Shown in pieces: positions 1-8,321 of a DNA stretch of 64,000 bases. How positions within the stretch are numbered: position 1 is the first letter of the stretch; every line of letters begins with the position of its first letter. The position numbers and the translations under genes are program-made. The notes beneath the pieces are model-generated. The model saw only the letters and a program-made list of their open reading frames with translations. It searched no databases and was not told where the DNA came from. Where the stretch lies: assembly GCA_039028615.1 (NCBI GenBank), contig JBCCHT010000032.1, positions 1 to 64,000 on the forward strand, written 5' to 3'. This DNA comes from Myxococcota bacterium. GTDB taxonomy: Bacteria; Myxococcota_A; Polyangia; Nannocystales; Nannocystaceae.

Positions 1-1200
1 ACACAGCACTGTCTTGTGAAGATGTGACACACCCCCCACGAGCAACTCTCTTCCAATTAAAACCCAAAGCATCGTTCATTGCACACGCACCATAGCAGAA
101 CGTCCGTATCCTTAGAATGGGTATCGGACAGTAGAATTGTGCACTGAGGACTTAATGCACACATTGGGGCAGTACAAAGACAAATTTTCACCTCACGTGA
201 AAGAAATACCGTATCCAGCGCAAAGCCCCATATCAAAGCTCCAATAACTCCAGTTGTGAGCGTTCAATGCCAACCCTTCAATGGTTGCTGGCCAAAAGTG
301 GGGTGTGAGGTTTAAAAAATTCAAATAGACAGGCATTTACCTCGAGCATGTGCACAAAAAGTCTCTTTCCATGCCCAGAACGTTGAAATGAGGGATGAAC
401 AAAGAAATCTAGCACGCAGAGAGCATTGTAGGATTTCAGTGGGTGCTCTCCATGATCCTGTGGGAGGAAAGGACACAACAATCATGACATGACATGAAGT
501 GAACATTAATGAATACCAGGGTCATATTTCATGGCTGATTCTAAACTGTGCAGGCCAACAGGTGCACTGCAATGCTTTCTTTCTGGCTTAACGAAATCAT
601 GACTTCGATCGAAGTCATGGAATACTGAGTTCCTGTTCAGTCTTTTGTGCAATGACTCCCGGGGCGAGCCTTTTTGGAGGGGGAGAGAAAAGCAAGTATC
701 GGGCCCAAATGTGGCAAAATTTAAAGTGGGCAGCATGCATGGTCAAAGAGGTAAAAGGTGAGCAGCATCAACATCCAGTTTTCACTCATCAGTGGCCCGG
801 TGTAGCTTACAGTGAGAAACAGGGATTTGCGTCCAACTTTGATGAAACCAATTGCTCGTGGCCTGCCCACAAACGCATAAACATATGAAGAGAACAAAAG
901 AATCGAAGACTAAGTTTGTTACACTGGTATTAGACATGGAATCAGGTATCTATCCTAACGGCAGTTTTTTGTTGCGTAATGTTACTTCGTAGTATTGTAC
1001 ATTTACGTTCAGATGTACATGTACCATGCTAAAAATAGGGTGACCAAACAATAATTCTTCCCACTCCTTCAACTGCTCATGGTAATTGTCTGCACTTTAT
1101 GAATGCAGCGCAGTTCTACAACAGGTTAAAAATCCCCCATCAGCTGGCCGGAGTGAAAGCTATTCCATGTACTTTTACAAAGGTTAGAAGATTGTCATCG
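1..1200. other. AT-rich eukaryote-like genomic segment (intron/exon DNA) joined to bacterial DNA
   Basis: Composition is visibly far more AT-rich than the rest of the window, with no long ORFs. It contains an exon with canonical splice signals, and GC-rich bacterial codon usage starts abruptly at about 1,207. Confidence 0.9.
341..457 (-). CDS. ATAT1: Internal exon of alpha-tubulin N-acetyltransferase (ATAT1/MEC-17, GNAT fold)
   Basis: 117 nt encode DHGEHPLKSYNALCVLDFFVHPSFQRSGHGKRLFVHMLE, matching the family motif LC(I/V)LDF(Y/F)(I/V)HxSxQRxGxG. On the minus strand it is preceded by a polypyrimidine tract plus CAG (ttgtgtcctttcctcccacag) and followed by a GTAAAT donor. Phase 0 at both ends. 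Confidence 0.88.
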
Positions 1201-1206
1201 TGCCAG

Positions 1207-1569
1207 GTGACCAAGAACATCTACGACCCCGCCTGGCCCGGCTTCTACGTCAACGTGCAGGTCGGCGAGGCCCTGGTGACCAACCCCGATCCCGGGGCGA
1301 CGCCCGACGAGGTCCTCGTGCAGATCTTACCGCCCGACCAGACGGTGGAGATGCAGTACATTCGCCGTTCGAGCTTGGTCGAGCCGGGGGCGACGGTGAT
1401 GACCCGCGAGCAGCTCGAGCTATTGGTGCAGCAGCTCGCCACGATCCACGAGCACTTCGCTCCGCTCTACGAACGACAGCGTGACCCCAGCTTCGCGATG
1501 GACGTCGAGTTCAAGATCGACGCCGACGGAAACCTGGCCATCAAACAGGCACGGCCCTGGGTGGATTAA
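1207..1569 (+). pseudogene. C-terminal fragment of a PEP/pyruvate-binding (PPDK_N, ATP-grasp) domain protein, truncated at the junction
   Basis: VTKNIYDPAWPGFYVNVQVGEALVTNP...MDVEFKIDADGNLAIKQARPW has the typical PPDK_N C-terminus (DVEF...QARP) and resembles the end of the 15,959-18,055 protein. The upstream part of the track ORF (1,099-1,206) is AT-rich non-homologous sequence. Confidence 0.8.
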
Positions 1570-1613
1570 CTCGTTCCGACGGTGATGGGCCTTTACCGGC
1601 GGAAAAAGCCCGA

Positions 1614-1629
1614 TGTAAAGGTCTTTACA
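1614..1629. promoter_or_regulatory. Palindrome TGTAAAG-GT-CTTTACA upstream of amtB; candidate CRP/NtcA-type operator
   Basis: Perfect 7-bp arms with a 2-nt spacer, AT-rich in a GC-rich background. It fits GTA-N8-TAC and lies about 110 bp upstream of amtB. Confidence 0.55.
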
Positions 1630-1737
1630 GCTCCACAAGGTCCGCGCTGCGACTCGTATTCGAGGTGCACCGACGCGAGTGCGGCAACGGCGAGGCGAGG
1701 TTGATCCGGCGCATGAGGGCTGCGAATCATCGCGCCC

Positions 1738-3000
1738 ATGGTAGGCGCAGTTTCAGTCGACTCCGGGACCACGGCGTGGATGCTGACATCCACGGCACTC
1801 GTGTTGTTGATGGTTCCCGGGCTGGCGATGTTCTACGGCGGGTTGGTGCGGACGAAGAACGTCCTCGGCACCATGCTCCACAGCTTCGCGGCCATGGCCA
1901 TCATCGGCGTGTTCTGGTCCGTATGCGGGTACGCCATGGCCTTCGGGCCCAACGTGGCCGGAGGCTGGATCGGCTGGAACCCCGACTACCTGTTCCTGGA
2001 GGCGGCCGACACCAAGATCATGGACGAAGGCGTCCCCGAGTACGTGTTCGCGATGTTCCAGGGCAAGTTCGCCATCATCACGCCGGCCATCATCGCGGGT
2101 GCGTTCGCGGAGCGGGTGAAGTTCTTCGGCTACTGCGTGTTCATCTGCCTGTGGGCGGTCTTGGTCTACACGCCGCTATGCCACTGGGTGTGGGCTTCCG
2201 ACGGTTTCTTGTTCAACCTCGGGGCACGCGGGGCGATCGACTTCGCGGGCGGCACGGTGGTGCACATCTCCGCGGGCGTGGCCGGCCTCGTCGCGGCGTT
2301 CTACCTGGGGGCGCGACGCGGCTACCCGGGCACGGTGATGCATCCCAACAACCTGGTCATGACCCTCATCGGCGCGGGCCTTTTGTGGGTGGGTTGGTTC
2401 GGCTTCAATGCGGGCAGCGCCATCGCGTCGGACCTGCAGACGGCTCAGGCGCTGACGGTGACCCAGATCGCGGCCGCGGCCGGAGCCGTGGCCTGGATGC
2501 TCATCGAAGCGGCGCACCACGGTCGGGCGACCAGCCTCGGCGTGGCCTCGGGCATCCTCGCCGGGCTCGTCGTGATCACCCCCGCGGCGGGCGTGGTGCA
2601 GCCCAAGGGGGCGCTGGTGCTCGGAGCCTTGGCCTCCGCGGTCAGCTACGGCGCCATCTTGCTCAAGAACCGACTCCGCTACGACGACACCCTCGACGTG
2701 TTCGGCATCCACGGGATCTCGGGCATCGTGGGGGCGATCGCGCTGACCTTCTTCGTGCGCGACAGCTGGATGGCCGAGGCGGCCGTCGAAGCCGGCGGCT
2801 CGTGGACGATGCTCGAGCAGCTTTGGGTGCAGACGGCCGGCGTCGGCGTGACCGTGGTGTACGCGGGGGTCGTGACCCTGGGAATCTTGGTGCTGGTGGA
2901 GCGCACGCTGGGCTTGCGCCTGGGCGAGAAGGCCGAGATGGCCGGGGTCGACCACAGCGAGCACGGTGAAGACGGCTACGGGATGTTGAACGCCGGCTGA
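1738..3000 (+). CDS. amtB: Ammonium transporter, Amt family
   Basis: Motifs PGLAMFYGGLVR, FQGKFAIIT, DFAGGTVVH, WVGWFGFNAGS and DDTLDVFGIHG; multiple TM helices; adjacent to a P-II gene. Confidence 0.97.
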   Translation: MVGAVSVDSGTTAWMLTSTALVLLMVPGLAMFYGGLVRTKNVLGTMLHSFAAMAIIGVFWSVCGYAMAFGPNVAGGWIGWNPDYLFLEAADTKIMDEGVPEYVFAMFQGKFAIITPAIIAGAFAERVKFFGYCVFICLWAVLVYTPLCHWVWASDGFLFNLGARGAIDFAGGTVVHISAGVAGLVAAFYLGARRGYPGTVMHPNNLVMTLIGAGLLWVGWFGFNAGSAIASDLQTAQALTVTQIAAAAGAVAWMLIEAAHHGRATSLGVASGILAGLVVITPAAGVVQPKGALVLGALASAVSYGAILLKNRLRYDDTLDVFGIHGISGIVGAIALTFFVRDSWMAEAAVEAGGSWTMLEQLWVQTAGVGVTVVYAGVVTLGILVLVERTLGLRLGEKAEMAGVDHSEHGEDGYGMLNAG

Positions 3001-3020
3001 GGCGGAAGGGGTCGCAGACG

Positions 3021-3365
3021 ATGAAGCTTCTCACGGCAATCATTCAACCCGACAAGCTCGAAGAGGTTCGCGAGGCTCTGCTCGCAGCCGAGATTTCACG
3101 CATCACGGTGTGTCGCGTGACGGGCCGAGCCCGCGCCGATGCATCACCGGAGCTGTTTCGTGGACGCGAGGTCGCGCCTGCGCTGCAGGCTCGGGTGCGG
3201 ATCGACATCGCGCTCAACGACGACTTCGTGAAGCCGGCCATCGATGCCATCTTGAGCGCGGCGCGGCACGGCGAGGGGGAGCAGGGCGACGGCAAGATCA
3301 TGATCGTGCCGCTCGAGCAGTGCATTCGCATTCGGACCGGCGAGTCCGGTACGGCCGCGATCTAG
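3021..3365 (+). CDS. glnK: P-II nitrogen regulatory protein
   Basis: MKLLTAIIQPDKLEEVREAL...GDGKIMIVPLEQCIRIRTGESG; lies directly downstream of amtB. Confidence 0.93.
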   Translation: MKLLTAIIQPDKLEEVREALLAAEISRITVCRVTGRARADASPELFRGREVAPALQARVRIDIALNDDFVKPAIDAILSAARHGEGEQGDGKIMIVPLEQCIRIRTGESGTAAI

Positions 3366-3393
3366 CCGACGGTGAGGACGGGCGAGGGCGAGG

Positions 3394-5808
3394 CTATTCG
3401 CCCTTGCCCTCTTTGTTCTTGCGGCGCTCGGCCGCCTCCCGGGCGAGCTCGAGGATGCGCTCGCGGGTGAGCATGGTGGTCTCGTCGCCGGGCCCGGGAG
3501 CATCGAGTTCGATCGGCGGCAAGTCGGGCACGACCCGTCGGGGAGCCGGGATCGGTGGCGCTGCGGCATCGGGAGGCGGCTGGTAGTCGGGCTGCGAGAC
3601 CGCGAAGCGCTGGCGAATGGAGGCGAGGTCTTCGGCTGCGAGCCAGGCGGTGCCTTCGGCTTCGGGATCGGTGGTGGCCAGCGCGGCCATGGCCGCGGCG
3701 CGCTCGAGCAGCTGCGTGGTCTCGGGGCTCACTTCTCGGGCGGGCGGCAGCTCGGCCTCTCCCGCGATGGCCGACACCTCTTCCCGCGTCAGCAGGCTCT
3801 GGCTGGAGCCGTCGAGGAACATGGTGGTTGCCTGGCGGATGGCGTGCTCTTCGTCGGAGCTCCAGCGATGCACCACCGTGGCCGAGCCGGCCGCACCCGC
3901 CGCGCTGGGCCCGATGGCCATGCCCGGCCAGTGCATCGCGGCGATTTCCTCGAAGGAGAGGTCGGCCGTGCCTTCGTCGGGGGCTTGCGCTGCGTCGGTG
4001 GTTTGACCGATGACGATCGTGCGCGACGACGCGGGCGGCGTGGAGCCGCCGAGCGCGACGGTGCCGGTCGACGGCGTGTGAAACGGTGGCAGTGCGTCGG
4101 GCGGGGTCGCGTCGGGGTTCGATGCGGCGATCGGGGGCGGAGGCTCGGCGGCGGGGTTCGGGGCGTACGGCGGTGGCTCGGGCGCTGGCGGTGGAGCGTA
4201 CGGCGGCGCGGCCGGGGTTGGCTCGGGACCAACCGAAGGGCCTGTGGGTTCGGCGGCGGGGGCAGACGGAGGCGCGTCGCCCAACGGCGGTGGTCCATGC
4301 TCCCCGGGTCTGGGTCCGGGCGGGAGCGGCTGCTCTTTGGGCAGTGGTACCGAGACGGCGGGCGACGCTTCGACCTGTTCGGCGGCTGCCCTGGCGGCTT
4401 CGGCTTCTTTGGCCGCTACCTCGATCGCTTCGGCCCGGGCGGCTTGTTCACGCCGCGCTCGTTCGCGCAGGGCCTCGACATCGACGCCTTCGAGGCGCAG
4501 TGCCGCTTCCCAGTACTGCTCGGACTCGCGATGCAGCCGCCGTTGCTTGCACACGATGGCCAACGCGCGGGCACAGTGCCCGCCGCTCCCCAGCGGAGCC
4601 ATCACGGGCTCCGCATCGGCCAGCGTGACGCCGCGAGACCAGAACGCGATCGCCTGGGCATCCATGCCGAGCAGCAATGCGGTGTCTCCCGTGAGTCGGC
4701 AGGCCTCGATGGCGAGCTGGGTTGACCCCGCGTTCTGAGCGCTGAGGGCCGCCTCGGAGTAGGCGAGCATCGCGGCGGGGCGGTTGCCCAAGGCCATGCG
4801 GGTGGACCCCAGCGACAGCTCGGCCAGCGGCAGCAGCTGCGGGTCGTCTTCATGGGTACGCGCCCGCTCCACCGCCCGCAGGTTGGCCAGCTCCGCCTGG
4901 TCACCCGCCTTTGCGCCGAGCAAGTAGCCCCCGAGCAACAGCTCCATCGAGATGCTCTGGGAGGCCCAGCCCGCCTGGGTGCACAGGTCGCGCGCGCGTC
5001 GTTGGAGCTCGACGGCCTTCGGCCCCTGGCCATCGTGTTGGGCTTGGCTGGCGTCGACGAGCAGCTTCGCCAGCTCGCGACGCTTGGCGGCGACCGGATC
5101 GTCGGCAGGTGCAGGGGCGGGCGGCTGCCCAGGGCGTGGCGGCGCGACGATGCCCTCGGGGCGCGCCCCGGGAGCGCCGCTGACCGGCGGCGCGGCAAGC
5201 ATGGATTGCAGCGCGTGGGTCTCGGCGGCCGTATCGGGCTTGCACTCGATCTCGCGAAGCTCCCGTTCGCTCGTCACCACATCGTCGATCGAGGAGCGCT
5301 CGGCATCGACCACGATCCAGCGGGTGGACTCGATCCCCGAGCCGCGCAGCAGCATGGCCAGGCCCCGCGACCACTGCCGCGTCGCCTTGACGTGCGAAGG
5401 ATTGAGGATGACGACCCAGGGGCGCGGGCGGGCGCCGTCGGGCACGGTCGTGGACACCCAGGCCAGCTGCTCGGCGAACCCGGCGATGCCGCGGGTCGGT
5501 GAGGGAGGCGGCAGGCTCGGCCAGGCGGGCTGCCCCGGCTCGACGAGCGAGCATCGATGCTCATAGTCGGCCCGTAGCGCCTCGCTGCGCAGGTCCCAGC
5601 CGGGATCGCCCGTGCCGTGCGGAGCCTCGAGCACGACAAAGGGGCCCGGGGCATGGGGTCCGTGCTCGAGGCTTCGCAGGGTCTCGAGCACGCCACTGCG
5701 CAGGGGGGCGGTGGTCACCACATGTAACAGACGCTGCTCCTGGCTGCGAAGGAACCGAGTCGCTTGGTCGTGCAGCTCGACGAGCGCTTCGGCAGGGCTA
5801 CCGCTCAT
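3394..5808 (-). CDS. VgrG-associated hypothetical protein with helical TPR-like centre and Pro-rich disordered C-terminal half
   Basis: 804-aa ORF with GC-rich codon usage starting 13 nt after the vgrG stop; Ala/Leu helical repeats followed by a PAPEPPP-type region. Confidence 0.75.
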   Translation of the reverse strand: MSGSPAEALVELHDQATRFLRSQEQRLLHVVTTAPLRSGVLETLRSLEHGPHAPGPFVVLEAPHGTGDPGWDLRSEALRADYEHRCSLVEPGQPAWPSLPPPSPTRGIAGFAEQLAWVSTTVPDGARPRPWVVILNPSHVKATRQWSRGLAMLLRGSGIESTRWIVVDAERSSIDDVVTSERELREIECKPDTAAETHALQSMLAAPPVSGAPGARPEGIVAPPRPGQPPAPAPADDPVAAKRRELAKLLVDASQAQHDGQGPKAVELQRRARDLCTQAGWASQSISMELLLGGYLLGAKAGDQAELANLRAVERARTHEDDPQLLPLAELSLGSTRMALGNRPAAMLAYSEAALSAQNAGSTQLAIEACRLTGDTALLLGMDAQAIAFWSRGVTLADAEPVMAPLGSGGHCARALAIVCKQRRLHRESEQYWEAALRLEGVDVEALRERARREQAARAEAIEVAAKEAEAARAAAEQVEASPAVSVPLPKEQPLPPGPRPGEHGPPPLGDAPPSAPAAEPTGPSVGPEPTPAAPPYAPPPAPEPPPYAPNPAAEPPPPIAASNPDATPPDALPPFHTPSTGTVALGGSTPPASSRTIVIGQTTDAAQAPDEGTADLSFEEIAAMHWPGMAIGPSAAGAAGSATVVHRWSSDEEHAIRQATTMFLDGSSQSLLTREEVSAIAGEAELPPAREVSPETTQLLERAAAMAALATTDPEAEGTAWLAAEDLASIRQRFAVSQPDYQPPPDAAAPPIPAPRRVVPDLPPIELDAPGPGDETTMLTRERILELAREAAERRKNKEGKGE

Positions 5809-5821
5809 GGGGACCCTTCGC

Positions 5822-8233
5822 TCAGTTGATCTTCACCAGCGGTGCGGTGATGGTGACCTGCGCTCCACCTTGGGCGGTGATCTGCTGGCCGGCCAGGGTG
5901 GTCTTGCTGGCCTCGCACAGCAGGTCGTCGCCGCGAACGGTGACACCGGAGCCCTCGAGCGTGGCGTTTTGGTCGAGCATGAGGCACGACGACTCGCCCT
6001 GCACCAAGACCTTATGCCCGGTGAGCGAGACGTTGGTGTCGAGGGTGAGCGCGGCTCCGGGCCCCGACTCGGGGGCGGTGAGGTTGACATCCTCGGCCAG
6101 GTTCAAGCTCGCGCCGGCTTGACTCGCGACCTTGGCGTTGGCATCGAGCTCGAGGGTGGCCCCCGGCGTCTGGGGCCCGGCCATGGCCGCGACCGCGAGC
6201 GGGCCGTCGGCGGTGAGCTCGAGGGTGGCCCCCGGGGTCGATCGCAGCAGCACCTTCTGATCGATGGAGACCGACGCGCCGTCGCCCGCCGGCCCGTTGC
6301 CTGCGCCGAGCACCAGCCCCTGGGGCGTGAGCGTCAGCGTGGTGCCCTGGACCTGGAGGGTGATGGACTCTTCGGCCTTCAGGTGGATGTGCTTGGTCGC
6401 GGCGACGTTGAAGTCGCTGTCGACGTCGATGGAGTAGTGCGGCGCGGGCTCGGGCGCGCCGTCGCTGGTGCGGCCCTTGACCGAGACCTGCTGGTTGCCC
6501 TGGATGGTGACGGTTTGCGAGCCCTGGACCGATACGTTGCGATCGGCCCCGACGCTGATGCCCTCTTGCGCGGCCACGGTGCGCTGGTGGTTGTGGCCGA
6601 CGACCTCGTTGAGGTCGCGCTGCGCGTGCAAGAACACCTCTTCGTTGCCGGCCGAGTCCTCGAAGCGGAGCTCGTTGAACCCGTCGCCGCCGGGGGTGCT
6701 GCGCGACTTGAGCGTGCTCTTGGTGCGATCGTCGGGCAGCGAGTAGGGGGGCTGATTGTGGCCGTTGTAGACCGAGCCCACGCATAGCGGCTGGTCGGGG
6801 TCGCCCCCGGCGAAGCTCACCAGCACCTCCATGCCCACGCGGGGGATGAACATCGAGCCCCAGCCCGCACCGGCCCAGGGCTGGGCGACGCGGATCCAGC
6901 AGGACGAATCCTCGTCGTCGGGGCCGTGCTCGCGATCCCAGTGGATCCACGCCTTGATCCGGCCGTGCTCGTCGGTGTGGATCTCCTCGCCGGCTGGCCC
7001 CACCACCGTGGCGAGCAGGTGGCCGTGCACGCTGGGGCGAGGCCGTGGCCGCGGCCGCCAGGGAAGCTCGGCGGGGACGCACTCGAATCGGTTCTCGTAG
7101 TTGGCCCCGGCGAACGCCCCGTCGTCGAATAGCTCCGTGTCGGGGCAATCGGCCCGATGCACGACACGGACCAGGGCGTACTCGCGATCGAGGGGCGCAT
7201 GGGGGTGACCCTCGAGTTCGAAGGTCTGGCCGGGCCCGAACGACAGGAGGTTGCCCTGCCCGATCGCCGCCTGTGATGCCGCGACACGGCGCTCGTGCCC
7301 GTCGGTCGCGCTGCGCGAGGTGTGGTCGAGGTGGGGGCCGGTCCCGTGCTCTTCGAGCAACCGGCGCTCGCCGTGCTCGTAGTGCTCTCCCATGGCCCAA
7401 GGGGCGTCGGTCTCGAGTTCGGTGCGGCTGCGGGCGGGCCCAGGCTCCCAGGGCTTCCAATCCCACGCCGAGCGCTCCACCCGTCGGGTTCGGGTGCGTC
7501 GGCGCCACTCGAAGGCGACGACGGTCTCCTCTTCGGCGTGCCCGAGACCCGAGGTGCGCACGGGGACCACGGGTGGAGGCCGCTGCGCTTCGCCCCCCGG
7601 CATGACGCTGACCCCCTGCAAGGCCTTGGGGTCGTCGAAGAGCACCATGGTCTCGACCGTGTCGTCGTGCTCGAAGAAGTACCCGATGCCCTCGCGCGCC
7701 AGCAGCCGGGTGACGAAGTCGAGGTCGGTCTCTTGAAACTGGACGCAGTAGTCGGCGGGGTCGTAGCTCCGCAGCAGGCGGGAGGCGTCGATGGACCGGT
7801 CGTGCGGGGCGATGGCCTCGGCGACCACCTGCTCGACGATCTGTACCGCCGTCTGGGCCTGGAAGACGCGGCTGCGCCGGCTGAGCTCGAGGGTGCTCAG
7901 CGCGGGGCCGACCTCGAGCCGGATGCGGACGCGGTCGGTGAACGTGCCCAGGTACCACGCCCGCTGGACGAGACCCTGCACGAAGCGCTCGTCGTCTTCG
8001 CGGCGGCAGCTCAGGGTGAAGCGGGCCCCGACCAGCCCGTCGATGTCCGTCTCGGGATCGGGCGTGAGCAGCAGGATGTCGAGCACGTAGGGTCGATCGA
8101 CGCCCTCGTCGAGCTCGAACTCTCGCACTTGCCAGTGCTCTTCGTCGTAGCTCTGCGCGGGATGATCGGGCCGCTCGGGCACCTCGATGCGCACCGCGTA
8201 GCGGACCCGGGACAGCTGATTGGAGTCGTTCAC
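5822..8233 (-). CDS. vgrG: Type VI secretion tip protein VgrG (start uncertain; GTG at 8,233 assumed)
   Basis: YCVQFQETDLDFVTRLLAREGIGYFFEH, ATVVGPAGEEIHTDEHGRIK, SSCWIRVAQPWAGAGWGSMFIPRVGMEVLVSF, FNELRFEDSAGNEEVFLHAQRD; ends ...ITAPLVKIN. Confidence 0.95.
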   Translation of the reverse strand: MNDSNQLSRVRYAVRIEVPERPDHPAQSYDEEHWQVREFELDEGVDRPYVLDILLLTPDPETDIDGLVGARFTLSCRREDDERFVQGLVQRAWYLGTFTDRVRIRLEVGPALSTLELSRRSRVFQAQTAVQIVEQVVAEAIAPHDRSIDASRLLRSYDPADYCVQFQETDLDFVTRLLAREGIGYFFEHDDTVETMVLFDDPKALQGVSVMPGGEAQRPPPVVPVRTSGLGHAEEETVVAFEWRRRTRTRRVERSAWDWKPWEPGPARSRTELETDAPWAMGEHYEHGERRLLEEHGTGPHLDHTSRSATDGHERRVAASQAAIGQGNLLSFGPGQTFELEGHPHAPLDREYALVRVVHRADCPDTELFDDGAFAGANYENRFECVPAELPWRPRPRPRPSVHGHLLATVVGPAGEEIHTDEHGRIKAWIHWDREHGPDDEDSSCWIRVAQPWAGAGWGSMFIPRVGMEVLVSFAGGDPDQPLCVGSVYNGHNQPPYSLPDDRTKSTLKSRSTPGGDGFNELRFEDSAGNEEVFLHAQRDLNEVVGHNHQRTVAAQEGISVGADRNVSVQGSQTVTIQGNQQVSVKGRTSDGAPEPAPHYSIDVDSDFNVAATKHIHLKAEESITLQVQGTTLTLTPQGLVLGAGNGPAGDGASVSIDQKVLLRSTPGATLELTADGPLAVAAMAGPQTPGATLELDANAKVASQAGASLNLAEDVNLTAPESGPGAALTLDTNVSLTGHKVLVQGESSCLMLDQNATLEGSGVTVRGDDLLCEASKTTLAGQQITAQGGAQVTITAPLVKIN

Positions 8234-8321
8234 GAAATACCGAGGAGGATCGTGCGAGCAGCGACGCTCGCATCGTCGCAGTTTGGAGGACTCGCCGGCA
8301 ATGGAAGGAGGCCGAACCCGG

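Noticed and set aside
1..340. Further ATAT1 exons
   Set aside because: The minus-strand stretches I translated by eye showed no downstream family motif such as AxDRPS.
1099..1569. 156-aa track ORF as a genuine eukaryote-bacterial fusion gene
   Set aside because: The first 36 or so codons are AT-rich sequence with no recognisable homology that is open by chance. The CAG|GT at the junction lacks a convincing polypyrimidine tract and is on the opposite strand to ATAT1.
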